The notes beneath the pieces were generated by a model. It was not told the origin of the DNA. It ran no database searches and saw only the letters and a list, made by a program, of their open reading frames with translations. 64,000 nucleotides of DNA from Massalongia carnosa. Its lineage: Eukaryota. Shown here one piece after another: positions 10,426-23,101 of this stretch. Numbering within the stretch: position 1 is the stretch's first letter; every line of letters begins with the position of its first letter. The translations under genes were made by a program, and so were the position numbers. Where the stretch lies: NCBI GenBank assembly GCA_965645245.1, contig OZ287069.1:992001-1056000 (forward strand). Direction: 5' to 3'.

Positions 10426-13008
10426 CTATCCCATCCTCAGCCCTCCTTCAGCCCGATCCCTAGCTTCCAAGAACCCCGCCGGCCCCCCTCCTTCGACAAC
10501 CGGACTATTGACCCCACTCCCTACTCCTGCCCCCACCCCCATTCCCCCTCGACTCTCCCTCTTTGCCCTCGCAAAGGCCAACTTGGCGAATCGGCCCAGA
10601 TGCGCCCAGAAGTGCCTCCCGGCAACATGCCCCGCCACCCTCTCCAGCAACTCCACGGTTGCGGCTCGAACCTTCGGATCGGGATGAAACAGGCCAAGAC
10701 TGACATAAAATAGCCCCGCGTTGCTTTCTGGCGTCACGGTCAGCAGCTGGCACACCTCGTCGTAGGACCGCACGCAGGCCGCCAGCGCCAGATACACCGC
10801 GCCGCTGTCCTCGTGGCTGAGCTTTAAGCAGCGCAGGCGATCGTGCTGGTGGGCGAGATCGAGCGCGCGGATCGGGCGCCGTTCCCATAGCGTGGCGAGG
10901 TCTTGAATGAAAGCATAGTAGCTGCGGGTGTTGCGCCAGCCTTCGATGCGGCAGACGTTGGCCCCCAGCTCGCGCAGGCGCGCGGCATCATCGGACCAGA
11001 CATAGCCGTGGCCACGAACGCCGTAGGCGCCGGCATCAGCCTCGGAGGCCCCGATGTAGAGGGCCGAGGCGCCGTAAACAGATTCCTCGAAGGCGGCGGC
11101 AACGCGGGTGAATTTGTTAATGTAGTCACGCCACTTGGCGCGGATGACGTGTTCCCCGTGGCGGGACACGATGCTGCGGAGGAGGTCGTCAATGAAAGCT
11201 GTGTCTCCCGTGGCGTCGGGGGCGGCTGAAAGGGAAGGGGTACCGCTGACGATACCCGTTGCATTCGGGGCGTACGCGGGGTTTTGCTGCTGGAAGTACA
11301 TGAGGCCTTCGGTTGTGGGGGCGGCGTCGATGCGGTTGCTGATTTTCATGCGGCCAGTTGGCACGTCGCACAGAAGGTCCCACCATTCCGGGTGGTTGGC
11401 AAAGGCTGGATTGGTCACGCCGGCAATAAACCCAGGGACGTTTAAAAGGTCATCGATTTTGGTGAGGTCGGTGTAGGGGAAAGCGTGACGGGTGAAGCCC
11501 CGAAGTATACCTCCTGATGCAAGCGCGCACGCTGCAAGGACAGCTTCGGCCACTTCGCCCGAGGGACGATTATGCCCGAGGAAAATGACGCGTTTTTGGG
11601 TGAGCATGGCGTTGACAAGGACGATGATGGGATGGGTGTACGCGCCGTTTGTCGTCAGGTGCGGATGTAACATAAATGGCTGGGGGGAAGATGCATGAGG
11701 AACGGAGAATGCTTGGATGAGCTTGATAAGGGAAAAGTCGCCGACGGTTTCGGGAGAGATGCCGGTGGGGACTTTGATGGGAATAGGAATCTGGTTGTAT
11801 ACCACTCTGGATTCAAACTCGTGTGTATCGCGAGGGATGGCATATTTTGGTCCCTGTTGCGTTAGATTTGGAGTTGGCTTGGTTGGCGATTCAGGGGATG
11901 ATATGGAGTTGGATCGGGATTCTTCAGCCATTCGTTGCTGTATCATTTGTTCAAATTTCTCAACGAACAAATCTTTAGTATCACTAGACTGGAGGATATG
12001 ACGCTCAAGGGTAGAAAGGCGTGGCATTAACGATAATTCCATAGAGTTGACAGCATCATATAACAGAGCCAGTGTTTCAGGAAAAGGCGATTTGAAATAC
12101 TCTTCAAGAGCTAATAACAAAAGTGGCTGATTGAGGTTAACACATGCATGAATTCAAGGTTGACGCTAAACTTGCCTTGTAAATATGGAGAAAAGAATGT
12201 CTTGTGCAGATCGCCATCGCCTTTACCACCGCGCCCCTGTGGATAGTCATGTTAGCTGAAGCGCAGTAGTAGCTAGACAATGTGGAACAGACCTTTTTGC
12301 AGAGGTATCTTGCTTGGTATTGACCAAATTGAGCACATAAATCAGAGGCGGCCCTTCTCCGCCTTCATATTCTTGCTCTTCTTGTAGCTCCAGCCCCTTT
12401 TTACAATCTTCTTCGTCGGTGCTTTCCGGTGTATCGGTATCCACGTCAGTGTCAGCTGCCTCTCTATCCGACTCCTTGTTCGACTTTCGTTGTTTTTTTT
12501 CAGACTTGACCGTAGCTTCCTTTTCTTCTTCCTCACTCGTATCCTTGTGCAGAAAGAATATTGTCCAGTCTTGATTCCTCACATGGGCTTGGTCAGGCAG
12601 CATCAGTTCTGCGAGCATGTTCTCGTCGCCACTGATGGCTCCTGGATATTGGTGCTCCATGATGGGTCCTCTATCAACGTGAAAGGAAGCGACAAGTATG
12701 TATTCCACATGAAGTTCTGTCGAGTCTTGTGGATACTGAGACTTTAGTTTGCCTGTACGCCTGGATTGTCCGGCCTGTTGGGGAACGGGTCTTGTGGAGG
12801 GAGTGGAGGAAGGTGTCCGTGAACTGCTGATAGATGCCTGGCGCACCGAGCGAGGAATAATTCCTATCGGCATGCCATTGTGCATTGAAGGATTCGAAGG
12901 GGTTCGGGATGAGGGAAAGGAAGACAAGGAGGCCTGTCGAGTGAGACTGCTACTCCCGCTCGCAGTAGTCCCGTTGGTTGACGGTCGATACGAAAGAACA
13001 GAAGTCAT
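10426..13008 (-). CDS. mesA: Polarity-axis protein MesA / Arf3-interacting Afi1 family; 3 exons
   Basis: [23 protein letters not shown]...[59 protein letters not shown]. The start (MTSVLS, 13008) is inferred. Confidence 0.88.
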
Positions 13009-13570
13009 GGTCAGCTTCGAAGCTCCAGAAAAGCCAAAAGTTTCCTGCAACGTAGATCCTCATACGCGACCTATGTCAGGTTAGATTTCAGATCGGGCAT
13101 TCGTTCAGATAGCATACCGACTCAAGCTCGTACTCTATACACTCCTTCATGAATCCAACAGTAAGTGGGTTGTGATTTACATCGTATCATGATATTCACT
13201 CCAGTTTACCAGGCCTGGCGCTCTTCCCTCTGCAGCGTCATTGCTTTGATTGTCGTTATTTAGGGTGTACTCTGCAGTGCGCTTAAGGTCCTGCCCTGCA
13301 TCGGAGATGTAGAGATCCGGACACCTGGAACGGGCTGTTCAATGATGATCAGCGCCAAACCTCCTCAAACCGGTATAACGCCGGTGATAAGAATTTCCGC
13401 GCTGAGCCGCATTCTTTTGTTTACGGCATTGCAATGAACATCGTCATTGTTGACATTATCATACATAAACTTTGAAGTCTTTCAAATTGAGCAAGACAGC
13501 CTCAATTGACCATCTAGTCTCCATCCAAAGCTGCGGACTTCATAATTTGCCTTATTGTCACTCAGGAAAT

Positions 13571-14666
13571 ATGGTAGTAAAATCCTCGTCTCACTCTCTT
13601 GTCCTTCCCACTAAAAGCCTCTCGCTAACAAAACCTACCTTCAGTCTCTTTACAAACCCTCCCCCCTCTCCTTTGGCTCCCCCCGTGCCTCACCCTTCCG
13701 GCGCCCTGAATCGCCTGCATCACCATCTACTAACACAATTAATACCCTCCGCCCTACAACCCCCACCACTTCCCCCACAAAACCCTTCAGCTCCTCCACT
13801 AAACCGCACACCCCGCTCACATCCCCCACAAAACTGTCAACCACCACAACCTCCCCTCTCCCGGCTCCATCTTCCTCCACCTGGAGCACTCCCCGCACTG
13901 GTCTCGCCCCTCGCCGCGAACCTGCCCCCTCGCCTACCCGGACCCCCAACCATGGCTCTTCCACAACCACGCCAACCCACTTCATGGCCACTGCTACCAA
14001 CACCCCTCACCGAGCGCTTCCCCTTCTACCAATCCACGATCCCCTTTCGAAGCTTGCTGCACCCCGCGTCCGTGAAATGCGCGAAGCGTTCGAGATCTTG
14101 GACTGCGACAATGACGGCTACGTTTCCCGTGACGACGTCGCTGCCATGCTTACGAGTCTTGGTAAAATATTTCCCAGCATTTTCTTTCCTTATTCAAACT
14201 AACCAAATCCTAAGGCCTCCCCGAATCCACCCATCCTTTTTTTCCCACTACCTCAACCCCCCATCCCCTCCCCCTCCCCACCTATCTTTCCCAGCTCTCC
14301 ACCCTCCTAACCCCCCTATCCCCTCCCGCAGAGCTGCTCGCCGCCTTCGCCGCCTTCGATGACGACGATAGCGGACAAATCGATGTGCCCGAGCTGCGGG
14401 ACGCTCTGATTCAGCACCAGCAACGCGAACCGGTGAGGGTGAGGATGGGAGAGAGCGAGCGTGCGCTGAGCGTCGCCGAGATTGAAATGGTGCTGGGGGA
14501 ATTTAGCGGCAAGAGGGCTTTTGGCGGTGGTGGGGCTGGGGCTGGGGGAAAGGGAGCGGGGCTTGCTGCAGCTTCAAGGGGGAGGGGAGATGTTTTCCGG
14601 TATAGGGAGTTTGTGGGGAGTGTGATGGACGCTGGAGGGGAAGGGGGGAAGGGAAAAGTGGGGTGA
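13571..14666 (+). CDS. Myosin regulatory light chain (EF-hand, Rlc1-like) with a Pro/Ser-rich N-terminus; 3 exons
   Basis: ATG-only first exon, then SLYKPSPLSFGSPRASPFRRPESP; VREMREAFEILDCDNDGYVSRDD; AFDDDDSGQIDVPELRDAL; DVFRYREFV. Confidence 0.8.
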
Positions 14667-15630
14667 GGAGATGGATTCAACTGGGAAGAAACTGCCTTTT
14701 TTTTCGTTTACGCTGTCACTGTTTGGGTACGTAGGTATGGACCGCATATTTTTATATCTCTCAAGGCTCGATGGGGGAATGGGTGGTTTTCGTTCAACTC
14801 CCCCAAGTACCTACTATTTGACCGTGGGATTGTTTTCTTTTCCCCCCCTTCCCCCTTCCCCGGCGAAGTTTATATTTATTCCGTTAATCGGTGTTCTTTC
14901 ATCGTCCCTTCTTTTCGCTCTCCGTCTCCCTTTCCTTTCCTTCACATACATACAACTCTCATCTCCCTTCCTTGCCCTGAAAAAACCCCCCACACACTCC
15001 CTTCCACCCCTTGCCTTGCCTTGCCTTGCTCACCTCAAAAAAAAAAAAAGACCCTCACTACCAGCGACGAGAGCCTCCTAACTCACTCACTCGGTCTCTT
15101 AGCAGACGGGTCGAGCTAAAATCAGCTTTTCATTAAGAAAAGAAGAAGAAAAGCAAAAAACCAAGACGAAGAAAGCGACCAGTTGGCGGGTTGGCGATCG
15201 AAATAAAAAAATCAAAATCAAAATCAAATAAAAAGAAGAAACTCTACCCACTCTCTCCTTCCTTGCTTCCCCCCCCCCCCATCCCCAAAAACCCCTTTCG
15301 CTAAGAAAACCTGCCACAACTGGTAACTAGCTAAGAATTACAGTAGTGGTGATTTATTTGTCCTCATTCCCTCCCCTAAAGCTGACAAGTAAGCACCAGG
15401 CAAAACTTTAAAACATCCTCCAGCATCCTGAAATCAGGTTACCACCGACGAGCCAAAACATATAGCCGCATGCTGCGCGCAATTGTATGGTACAAAAGCG
15501 GTGATCCGATGTGAGCAGTGAAACCCAGCCATGCATGCTCTTTTGGGTCAGAATACGCTTCGGGCTCCTGCCCCGCCTTCCTCCTGGCAAAACTCCCCTT
15601 TATCCTCCCTCTCGTACCCAAGCCTCCGCC

Positions 15631-16968
15631 TCAACCCGCCGCCTCCACGCCGTCACCCTCTCCATTCCCCAACTCCCCTTCCTCCTTCCCAGCAATCCCT
15701 ACCTCCAACCCCCCCGTAATTCCACACACCCTCTTCGTTCTCCCCTTCCATCCCCCCAACCCCGCTCTCCCCTCCTCCAACCTCGTCAATAGCCCTGCCA
15801 AGTCTCGTCCCGGAACCTGTTTCAGCACGTGAATGCACCCCTTGCATACCCTCAAGCAGCACCAGCAGCACTTCCAGCGCGCCCGACCCTCCTCCGCCCC
15901 GCATGCCATGCACGGCACCGGATTGTGCACGTTGGGTGAGTGGTACATGTGCTTGTGGGACTGGTAGCAGGCGTAGTGGGCTTGCGTCAGCGGGGGAGGA
16001 GCCACGGGAAGGGGAGCGCCAGTGGGGGAGGTGTGAAAAACAGGGAAGGAGCGGGCGCTGATGGGTGGGGATGCGGGGGTGAGAGGGTTGAGATTTTTGG
16101 TGGCGGATGATGCGGAGGACACCCTGGGTGGGTGAAGCTGGAAACCGTGGGGGTTGGGTGACGGGATGGTTTGGGGATTCGGGGCGGATACATGCGGGCG
16201 ATGCGTGAGGAAAGGTGTTGGCGGGTGGTCTGAGCTTGGATAGCTATTGATTGGACGCGGAGTGATGGAGCTCAAGCGGTCCGGTACAGGAAGTCGAACA
16301 GAGTTTAACCGAGCGGGCATGGGCGGAGCCGGAGATGATGCCGGTCGGCGGTTGAGTTTGCCCGTTTCCGGCGTGACTATTGGCGTCGGTGGCGGTTGGT
16401 TTTCTTTGAGTGGCGCTGGACGCGCTAGGGCCGATACTTTGCTTCCCATGTGTGGACTGGGGAGATACAGCTTATTGGCGAGCAGAGGACGGTGATGGCG
16501 ACTAGCGTTGAGTTGTGAGTTGGGCGCTAGGTTCTCGGGTGGCTTCTCGATGTGTGCGTTATATTCACGTCTGTGAAGTTTCGGTGACGAACAGCCGGCC
16601 TCAGGCTCATTGCTAGACCGCCCGCACAGATCTCCGTCTTCGTGGCCATCATGTGATACCTGCCTATTCAGCAGAGTCTGCGAGATAACATCTACAAAGT
16701 TGTCCGTGAACGAGGATGGGCCGGTGTCCCCATCACCGTCCTCGGATGCCGGTAACGCCGCAGACTTTGTACCGTCAACCCCCAACAACGGTTGCGAGCT
16801 GGGCGCGTGGCTAGTGACAGGATCCGACCCGAGCAGACGGCGTAGCGAAAAGGTGTTGATCGACTGCACAGACCCTCGCCGAAAGCCTCTCGCCGCATCC
16901 TTCTCAGCGACCGACTGGCTGTTGTGAAAAGTCCCTGAGCGAGAGCGTCTAGTGTGCCGCATCATCAT
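15631..16968 (-). CDS. Hypothetical Pro/Ser-rich protein with a C-terminal Cys/His cluster (putative Zn-binding domain)
   Basis: 445-codon ORF; HYACYQSH...H.PVPCMAC...WKCCWCCLRVCKGC. The start codon is uncertain. Confidence 0.7.
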   Translation of the reverse strand: MMMRHTRRSRSGTFHNSQSVAEKDAARGFRRGSVQSINTFSLRRLLGSDPVTSHAPSSQPLLGVDGTKSAALPASEDGDGDTGPSSFTDNFVDVISQTLLNRQVSHDGHEDGDLCGRSSNEPEAGCSSPKLHRREYNAHIEKPPENLAPNSQLNASRHHRPLLANKLYLPSPHMGSKVSALARPAPLKENQPPPTPIVTPETGKLNRRPASSPAPPMPARLNSVRLPVPDRLSSITPRPINSYPSSDHPPTPFLTHRPHVSAPNPQTIPSPNPHGFQLHPPRVSSASSATKNLNPLTPASPPISARSFPVFHTSPTGAPLPVAPPPLTQAHYACYQSHKHMYHSPNVHNPVPCMACGAEEGRARWKCCWCCLRVCKGCIHVLKQVPGRDLAGLLTRLEEGRAGLGGWKGRTKRVCGITGGLEVGIAGKEEGELGNGEGDGVEAAG

Positions 16969-17741
16969 GGCCGAAATTGCTGTTTGTCTGTCTGGCGACT
17001 ACTGCTCTGCTGCTATTTGTTGTTATATTACTGGGCAGATAGGGACCTATTGACGTAGCGTAATCTTTAGTCCTCGTGGTGCGCGTGATACGGTTACTTT
17101 TGTTTGGTAGAGAATTTACCGACTGGCTCTGTAGACGTGCGTGTAAAGGGGAACGAAGGGGGAAATAAAAAGAGAAGAGATGTATAGATAAAGTGAAAGG
17201 TCGCTTTAAGGTGCGAGGCCATTTTTCTTGCTGCACCGCTTTCTGCCAGGAAGGTGCAAGTGAATATCGCATGGTGCCTCCTATGAGGGTCGAACGGACC
17301 TGCTGGTTAGCCAGGACCTTTGGGGAATTAATAGAGAGTCCTGTGCTAAGAATATCAACTTGTTCATAGAGAGAAACAGAGAGAGAGATCTTCACGAGAC
17401 CTACGGAATGCGTTCGGGTTCGGGTCACTCAATGCCCAAGAAAATCCAAGTTGGCTTTACCAGCAGGAGGGCTCGCAGTGCCAGGAAGACGATATGGTAT
17501 CATCAGGGAATATCCTGCATTTTCTTAACACCTAAAATCAACAATTAATTCAAGGCAGGGGAAGGGGGGAGGATTATGGTCTGGCGTAAATGTGCCCGAG
17601 GAAATGGTGGATGAATCACATGGACAAGAGGAACACGAAAATGCTTTTCTTCGTTTTCAACCACTACCATCTGTAGCCTACTGCGCAATAACTGCCAGCC
17701 GAAGCCCCGTATCAGTGCTGATCCCCAACCATCCCCTAGTT

Positions 17742-20695
17742 CTACACTGGGCTGCTTCTCTTCCCTACCGGGCTTTTCTTCGGCGGCATGCCCGTAATTG
17801 GGCTGATGGCCTCCTTCTGACTGCTGACGCTTCCACTCCCGCTCCCGCTGCTACGGCTGGGCTGCCGTCCCCTGATGACCTCCATAGCTCGGCTCGATGG
17901 CAGAGGTGGCGCTGTGTCTTGGTCGGAGAAGTCGGTGTAAACGCTATTGCCGGAGAGAACGGATACAGAACGAGGACGCGCTCCCTGACGGAGCGGAGGA
18001 AGATTGCCGTAAGGAGCTGTAGGATGATCGGGGGGAGCAAAGGCTGGGAAGCGAAAGCCGACCATGTTGGAAGTGGGTGGATGAGGGATGGTACCGGGCA
18101 GACCACCTTCAGGGGTTATGCAACCCGTTTGGTTTGCAGCGCCCATTTGCTGATATTGGTGAAAGGCGTTTTCGATAAGCCGGGCTTGCTGCCAAGCTAC
18201 TTGGGCACTATTTTGCTTGTCTTGAATTTCTCGGTAAAGGCTGGATACCTTCTCCTTATATTGCTCTTCCTTATGTAGCCGATCAGTGGCTCTGGCCGTT
18301 TGCTCTGCTTCTCGCCGCTCCTTCTCATTAAGGCCGTGATTTGAAGCAGACTGAAGACGACCACGTTGGTCATTGAGCTTTGCCTCACGTACTTGAAATC
18401 GCTCACGCTTCTGCTGGGTGAGAGCTGCTTCGGTGTCAACGGAGGACTTTTCCCGTTGCGCAGACTCTTGACAGCGCAATAGATTCTCTTTGGCGCTCGA
18501 CAGTCGTTCCCTGACTTCATCCCAAAGCGATTTCTTTTGCTTCCACAGCAGGGTGTCATTATCAGGGCCACATACTATTGAGTCAATTTCCTGGGAGAGC
18601 AAAGCTATTGCTTCATCAGCTTGACGGTAGCTTTGATTCCATTGTAGATGCCGATTGGAGTGAGCTTTGTCCTCGATAGCGATCTTGGAGATTTTCGAAT
18701 GGAGAATTTCGATTTCTTTTCTGATAGTTGCCAGGGCAGCTTTGTTTTCTTTCTTGCTGCGCTTCTGCTGCAATTGAGACCTGTTAATATTATCCTCGAG
18801 GGCTGCGATTGAGTTTTTCAATGTCGTTATTGGTGTTGTGGGCGAAGAAGGTCTCTTTGAAGGCTGGGGCGGAGTCACCAAGAGGGCGGATTCTGAATTT
18901 CATGTTAGCAATTTTCAGGCGCAATTATTTAGTACAACTTCTACATACCTCTTTCAGCAGCAGGCGAAGATGGAGTGGAGACACTTGCAGAGTATATGAC
19001 CACATCATCTTCGCTGCGGACAAAGCTGCAGTTGTAGCTAGAACCTGGCGAAAGCCCAAAAACTTCGCCAGTCCATTGCCAGCCTGCGCTTTCGCCAATA
19101 GAGCTGCCAGCTGATATTTTCTCAATTTGAGAAGAGACCCAATTCGCGCCATTGATGCGAACGTAAATAGGTTTAGTTCGATCAATTCCCATGCTAACAG
19201 GTAATTCCGATGCCTCGACTCCAGTCTTATTTGATTGATTCACCGGAAAATAGCTGGTGTCGAAATAAAATCCAGTAGGCTGCACCAGCGTAATCCAGAC
19301 CCGGCCTTCTTCAAGCGCAAAGGGAGCACTCCCAAGGTTTTTTGTGTCGATAGCGTTAGACCCCACGGCCTCCGATAATGCATGTGACTGCTCATATTCG
19401 CGAAGAATAGTAACTTTGGTGGCGGCGAACGCAGCCCAAAGCGGTTGCTGGCTTCTGACAAAAGTCCCTTGTCTTCTCTTCTTCTTACCACTCGAAGCCT
19501 TCTCTCGTGATTCCTTTAGGTTTGGTGTTGATGGTTTAGATGTAAGCTCTACAGAAGACGCACCGCACCCTTGAAAGTTAATATCTGATAAGGTCCCATT
19601 CTCCGAGGATGCTTGGGAGCCTCCCACAGATTCAGCATCCAGTTTCTTAGTGATTTCTGTAGCCTGTAAATATTCACGCTTAGTGTACCACCGCCTTGCA
19701 ACATGGACCAATCCTTGTATCAGTATATGAAGAGCTATTAGCACCCGGAACCAGCCAGCCGGCGACCGTGGCGAGCCAAGTTCGTCAGCGGAAAATAATG
19801 GGACGCGTTGTGATATGTAAGGGATGGCAGAAAATCCGAAGGACCACTCATAGCCAAAAACCCGTTTCGGAATCCATCTATGTTGAGCAACATGAGAGAT
19901 GGAAACGACAAGCATACATAAAAGAGTGCTGTCCGAGCCCCCTTTCTTACCTGAGTTACCGCCTCCTAAAGTTGTTGCAACCACTGCTTGAGCAAGTTCG
20001 AGAGCAAGCTCTTGAAGCGGCATCCACAGCAGTAGCCATAGAAGGAGACCAAGAACATCTGTAAGAACTATAGTGGCTAGCGAGGGTGTACCTCCAGACC
20101 CCTGGAAGACGTCGCTAAACGTAGCAGGAAAAGAAGAAAACGATCCGGCCGGCGGCATGAACGTAAGAACCGCGAAAAGGCCGTTAGTCAAGGTAAGTAA
20201 GGTCGGAGGCAACGAAAGCAAAAAGATGAGGATCGCGATTGTGTCGGCCAAGGGACAAGATCGAAGAATAGTATATGCCAAGGTGAAGATGCTTCCGTCA
20301 TGAATTGCCGAATTTCTTGCAGCGCTGATGTCTATTTTGCGGTGGCCGTGTTCGATAGAACCGTTCAGGTGCACGATACCATGGGCCGGCAGTTCGGTGT
20401 TCTCCAACAGATCTACCGATATCTTCCTCTTGAGCTCCACCATTGGCATGCTCGTATTAAGACCATTTTTCACTGTAGTAAATGATCCGTTTGTAGTTAT
20501 ATCTGCAACATGCGGTGATGCTTGGTGGGTGGAAGGAGAGCGGGACAGCGGGGTGTAGGACTGCGAAGCCCCATCAAGGCTTCCGTTCAAATGGCCATTC
20601 GACTTTTGCTTGCGTATTCTTTTTCCAGGGGCGACGACGCCGTTCTCATGACGGCTGTTATGCTGATGTGCGGACTTCTTCGATCCTCGTGGCAT
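17742..20695 (-). CDS. acrB: Ubiquitination-network protein AcrB-like; 2 exons
   Basis: MPRGSKKS..NSRHENG..GKRIRKQKSNGHLNG, CPLADTIAILIFLLSLPP, TM segments, RSQQPLWAAFAATKVT, C-terminal coiled coil; intron near 18894-18948. Confidence 0.85.
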
Positions 20696-21522
20696 GAAGC
20701 CGCCAATTCCGACACCTCGTTCCCAGCCGATGTACAGCTTCAATTCTGCGCTAGATGTTGATGGAGTTGAGGATTGACAAAAGCTATATTGAGAGGAGAC
20801 TTCATGCGACTTTATTTCAAAGTCGCCTGATATCCGGCATATGGGTAAGGTAGTATTAAAATGTAGTCAAGATATTTGATGTTTGCGCTCTTAAAGGTAT
20901 TTTCTCAGGCTTGGCGCCTATTGAATCCGCCTTGGGGAAAGTGCGGCAGCGGGGACGTCGCTAGGGCTTTAGGGCGCAGCGCCGACGTGTGTCAGAATGG
21001 AGCCTAAACTGGGAACAGTCCTTATTAACAACATTACATAACTTCATATATTCCTTTTTATTTAGTTAATGGTATCGATGCCAGGCGCAATTCCACGATA
21101 ATCTTACAAGTGATAGGATATTTATTGAGCAATTCAATTTACAAATCTAGGGCTATCTGACTAATGCAATTTGAAATATAGATTATTTCGATGATATTTT
21201 GTTTCGACTAAAGAGGAGAAAAGCTTCCAAAAGAGGTAATCGTCGGCCTCGCTTAGCTGCCTCCATACGAGGTTCTGCGTAGTTTCAATTTCAGGATTTG
21301 TCTAAATTCACCCATTTTACCACCTATTTTGCAGCTTTTTGCAACACTTCTCGACCGCAAGCTATGACCGTTAGCTGTTATTATTCATACCATAGATAGA
21401 TATCAACTGCACATCCTAACTGCTCATTTAGCAACCGGGAATGCATTGTATTTTTTCCAATTTCACCAGTTTTATCACCTATTTACAACTCATTTGCGAC
21501 GCCGTCTCATCATGATTTGCAA

Positions 21523-22964
21523 AACTGCAGAACCCTCGAAAGAATTCACAGAAAATGCGAACTATGGGCGGCACGCCACGGGTCCGTATTTGCACCGGAT
21601 AAATATGAGCTCATTCATTTGTCCAGAAATCCAAAGAAATTCGACATGTCGGCTACTATTCAAATAGAAAACAACCTAATAGAACCGAAAACGGACATAC
21701 GAGTTCTGGGCCTCCAAATCGACACCAAATTGAAATGGGGAGCCCACATAGGGAAAACACAGGAAAAGATGACGTCGCAGTTGCTGGCGCTCACAAAAAT
21801 TTCGACATCCACCTGGGGAGCTTCTTTCGCGAAGGCCCGGCAGGTTTACACCGCCGTCGTTCGCCCGGCAATGACTTATGGAAGCACCGTGTGGCACACA
21901 CCCAGGGAAATCAAGAAAAACAAGGCCACGACGTCCAAACTCAGCGTCATGCAGAACAAATGCTTACGCACCGTGACAGGGGCGTTCAAGGAAACACCCG
22001 TCGAAGTTCTCGAAGCGGAAACGTTCATCGCCCCCATGGAGTTGCATCTGGACAATCTACAGATAAAAGCAAGGTATCGTCTACGGGCCGCAGGGCAGGC
22101 GAAACTGATTTCCAAAGCCTGCAACACAATAGCGAACAAGCTACGGGGTAAGGCAGGACGCAAAAGAACGCAACACCTCACCCCAGGAGAGTTGAAATAC
22201 GAATGGGCCAGCAAAATGTTGAATAACGAGGCACCAGTCACAATGCCCCCATCGCCCCCGCCCTGGTCCACACCCGACCCGGCGCACCTCGAAAAATGCA
22301 CCACGACACGCCATACCATAGAGAAACACACAAAGGCCACCACAGAACGCATCAAGGAACGCTGGGACTCCAAATGGAAGACGTACCAGAACCGCATTCC
22401 CCGCCCGACAGAGGCACAGTTGGGATCTCTCAGTAGGACGAGACTGAAGATTCACAACAACCTGATGAAAGCGGAAAGCGCGCTAACCACGCAAATCCGC
22501 ACCGAAAAAATAGGCTTGGCAAACTTCCTGTTCAATCGTCGGGTACCGGGCGTTATGACCCCGGCCTGCTCGTGCGGATGGCAGAAGCAGACAGCCAAAC
22601 ACATCATTCTACATTGCAGGCTAATCGACGGCAGATACGCAGTGCTAAAACAAATAGGCACCAACGACTATCGAACGATCATGAGCTCGTCGAAAATGTT
22701 GAAAAAACTAACCACATGGATAATAAAAGCAAATTTGCTGACCTAATTTTCACTAGCATCGCAACTGTTATACGAGTGATAACTCTCCATTTGTCAAGGA
22801 TTTCACAGAACATCGAGCGAAGAATGCAGTCCAGAAACGGAACACGTTTGGGATAATGGCGCAGTCTGCATGGTTTTTATCCCTTTAAAAGGTTTTCCCT
22901 GTAAGAATAAGTAGATAGCCCGCATGGGCCGGCCTTCGGCCGGTGTCAGATCGGTACAAGAATC

Positions 22965-23018
<54 letters not shown>

Positions 23019-23019
23019 G
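21523..23019 (+). mobile_element. 5'-truncated Tad1-like LINE with a (CAT)17 tail and an 11-bp TSD
   Basis: RT C-terminal half (FAPDKYELIH, RVLGLQIDTKLKW, QVYTAVVRPAMTYGS), then a CSCG..H..C zinc motif; TSD ATGATTTGCAA at 21512-21522 and 23020-23030; TAA at 22744 where the other copy has Gln. Confidence 0.93.
22968..23018 (+). repeat. (CAT)17 microsatellite forming the LINE 3' tail
   Basis: Directly visible; copy 1 ends in the same motif. Confidence 0.95.
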
Positions 23020-23101
23020 ATGATTTGCAACCTCCATTTGCTTTATTTTCAACCTCATTTGTAAATATTATTAACAAGTAGATATATATCAATTGCGCGT
23101 T

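Noticed and set aside
13472..14362. 296-aa Pro-rich ORF
   Set aside because: Alternative frame over the C-rich myosin light chain gene, running through its introns.
17592..18278. 228-aa plus-strand ORF
   Set aside because: Antisense shadow of acrB exon 2 with no recognisable motif.
22803..23030. Poly-Met ORF
   Set aside because: Antisense reading of the (CAT)17 tail.
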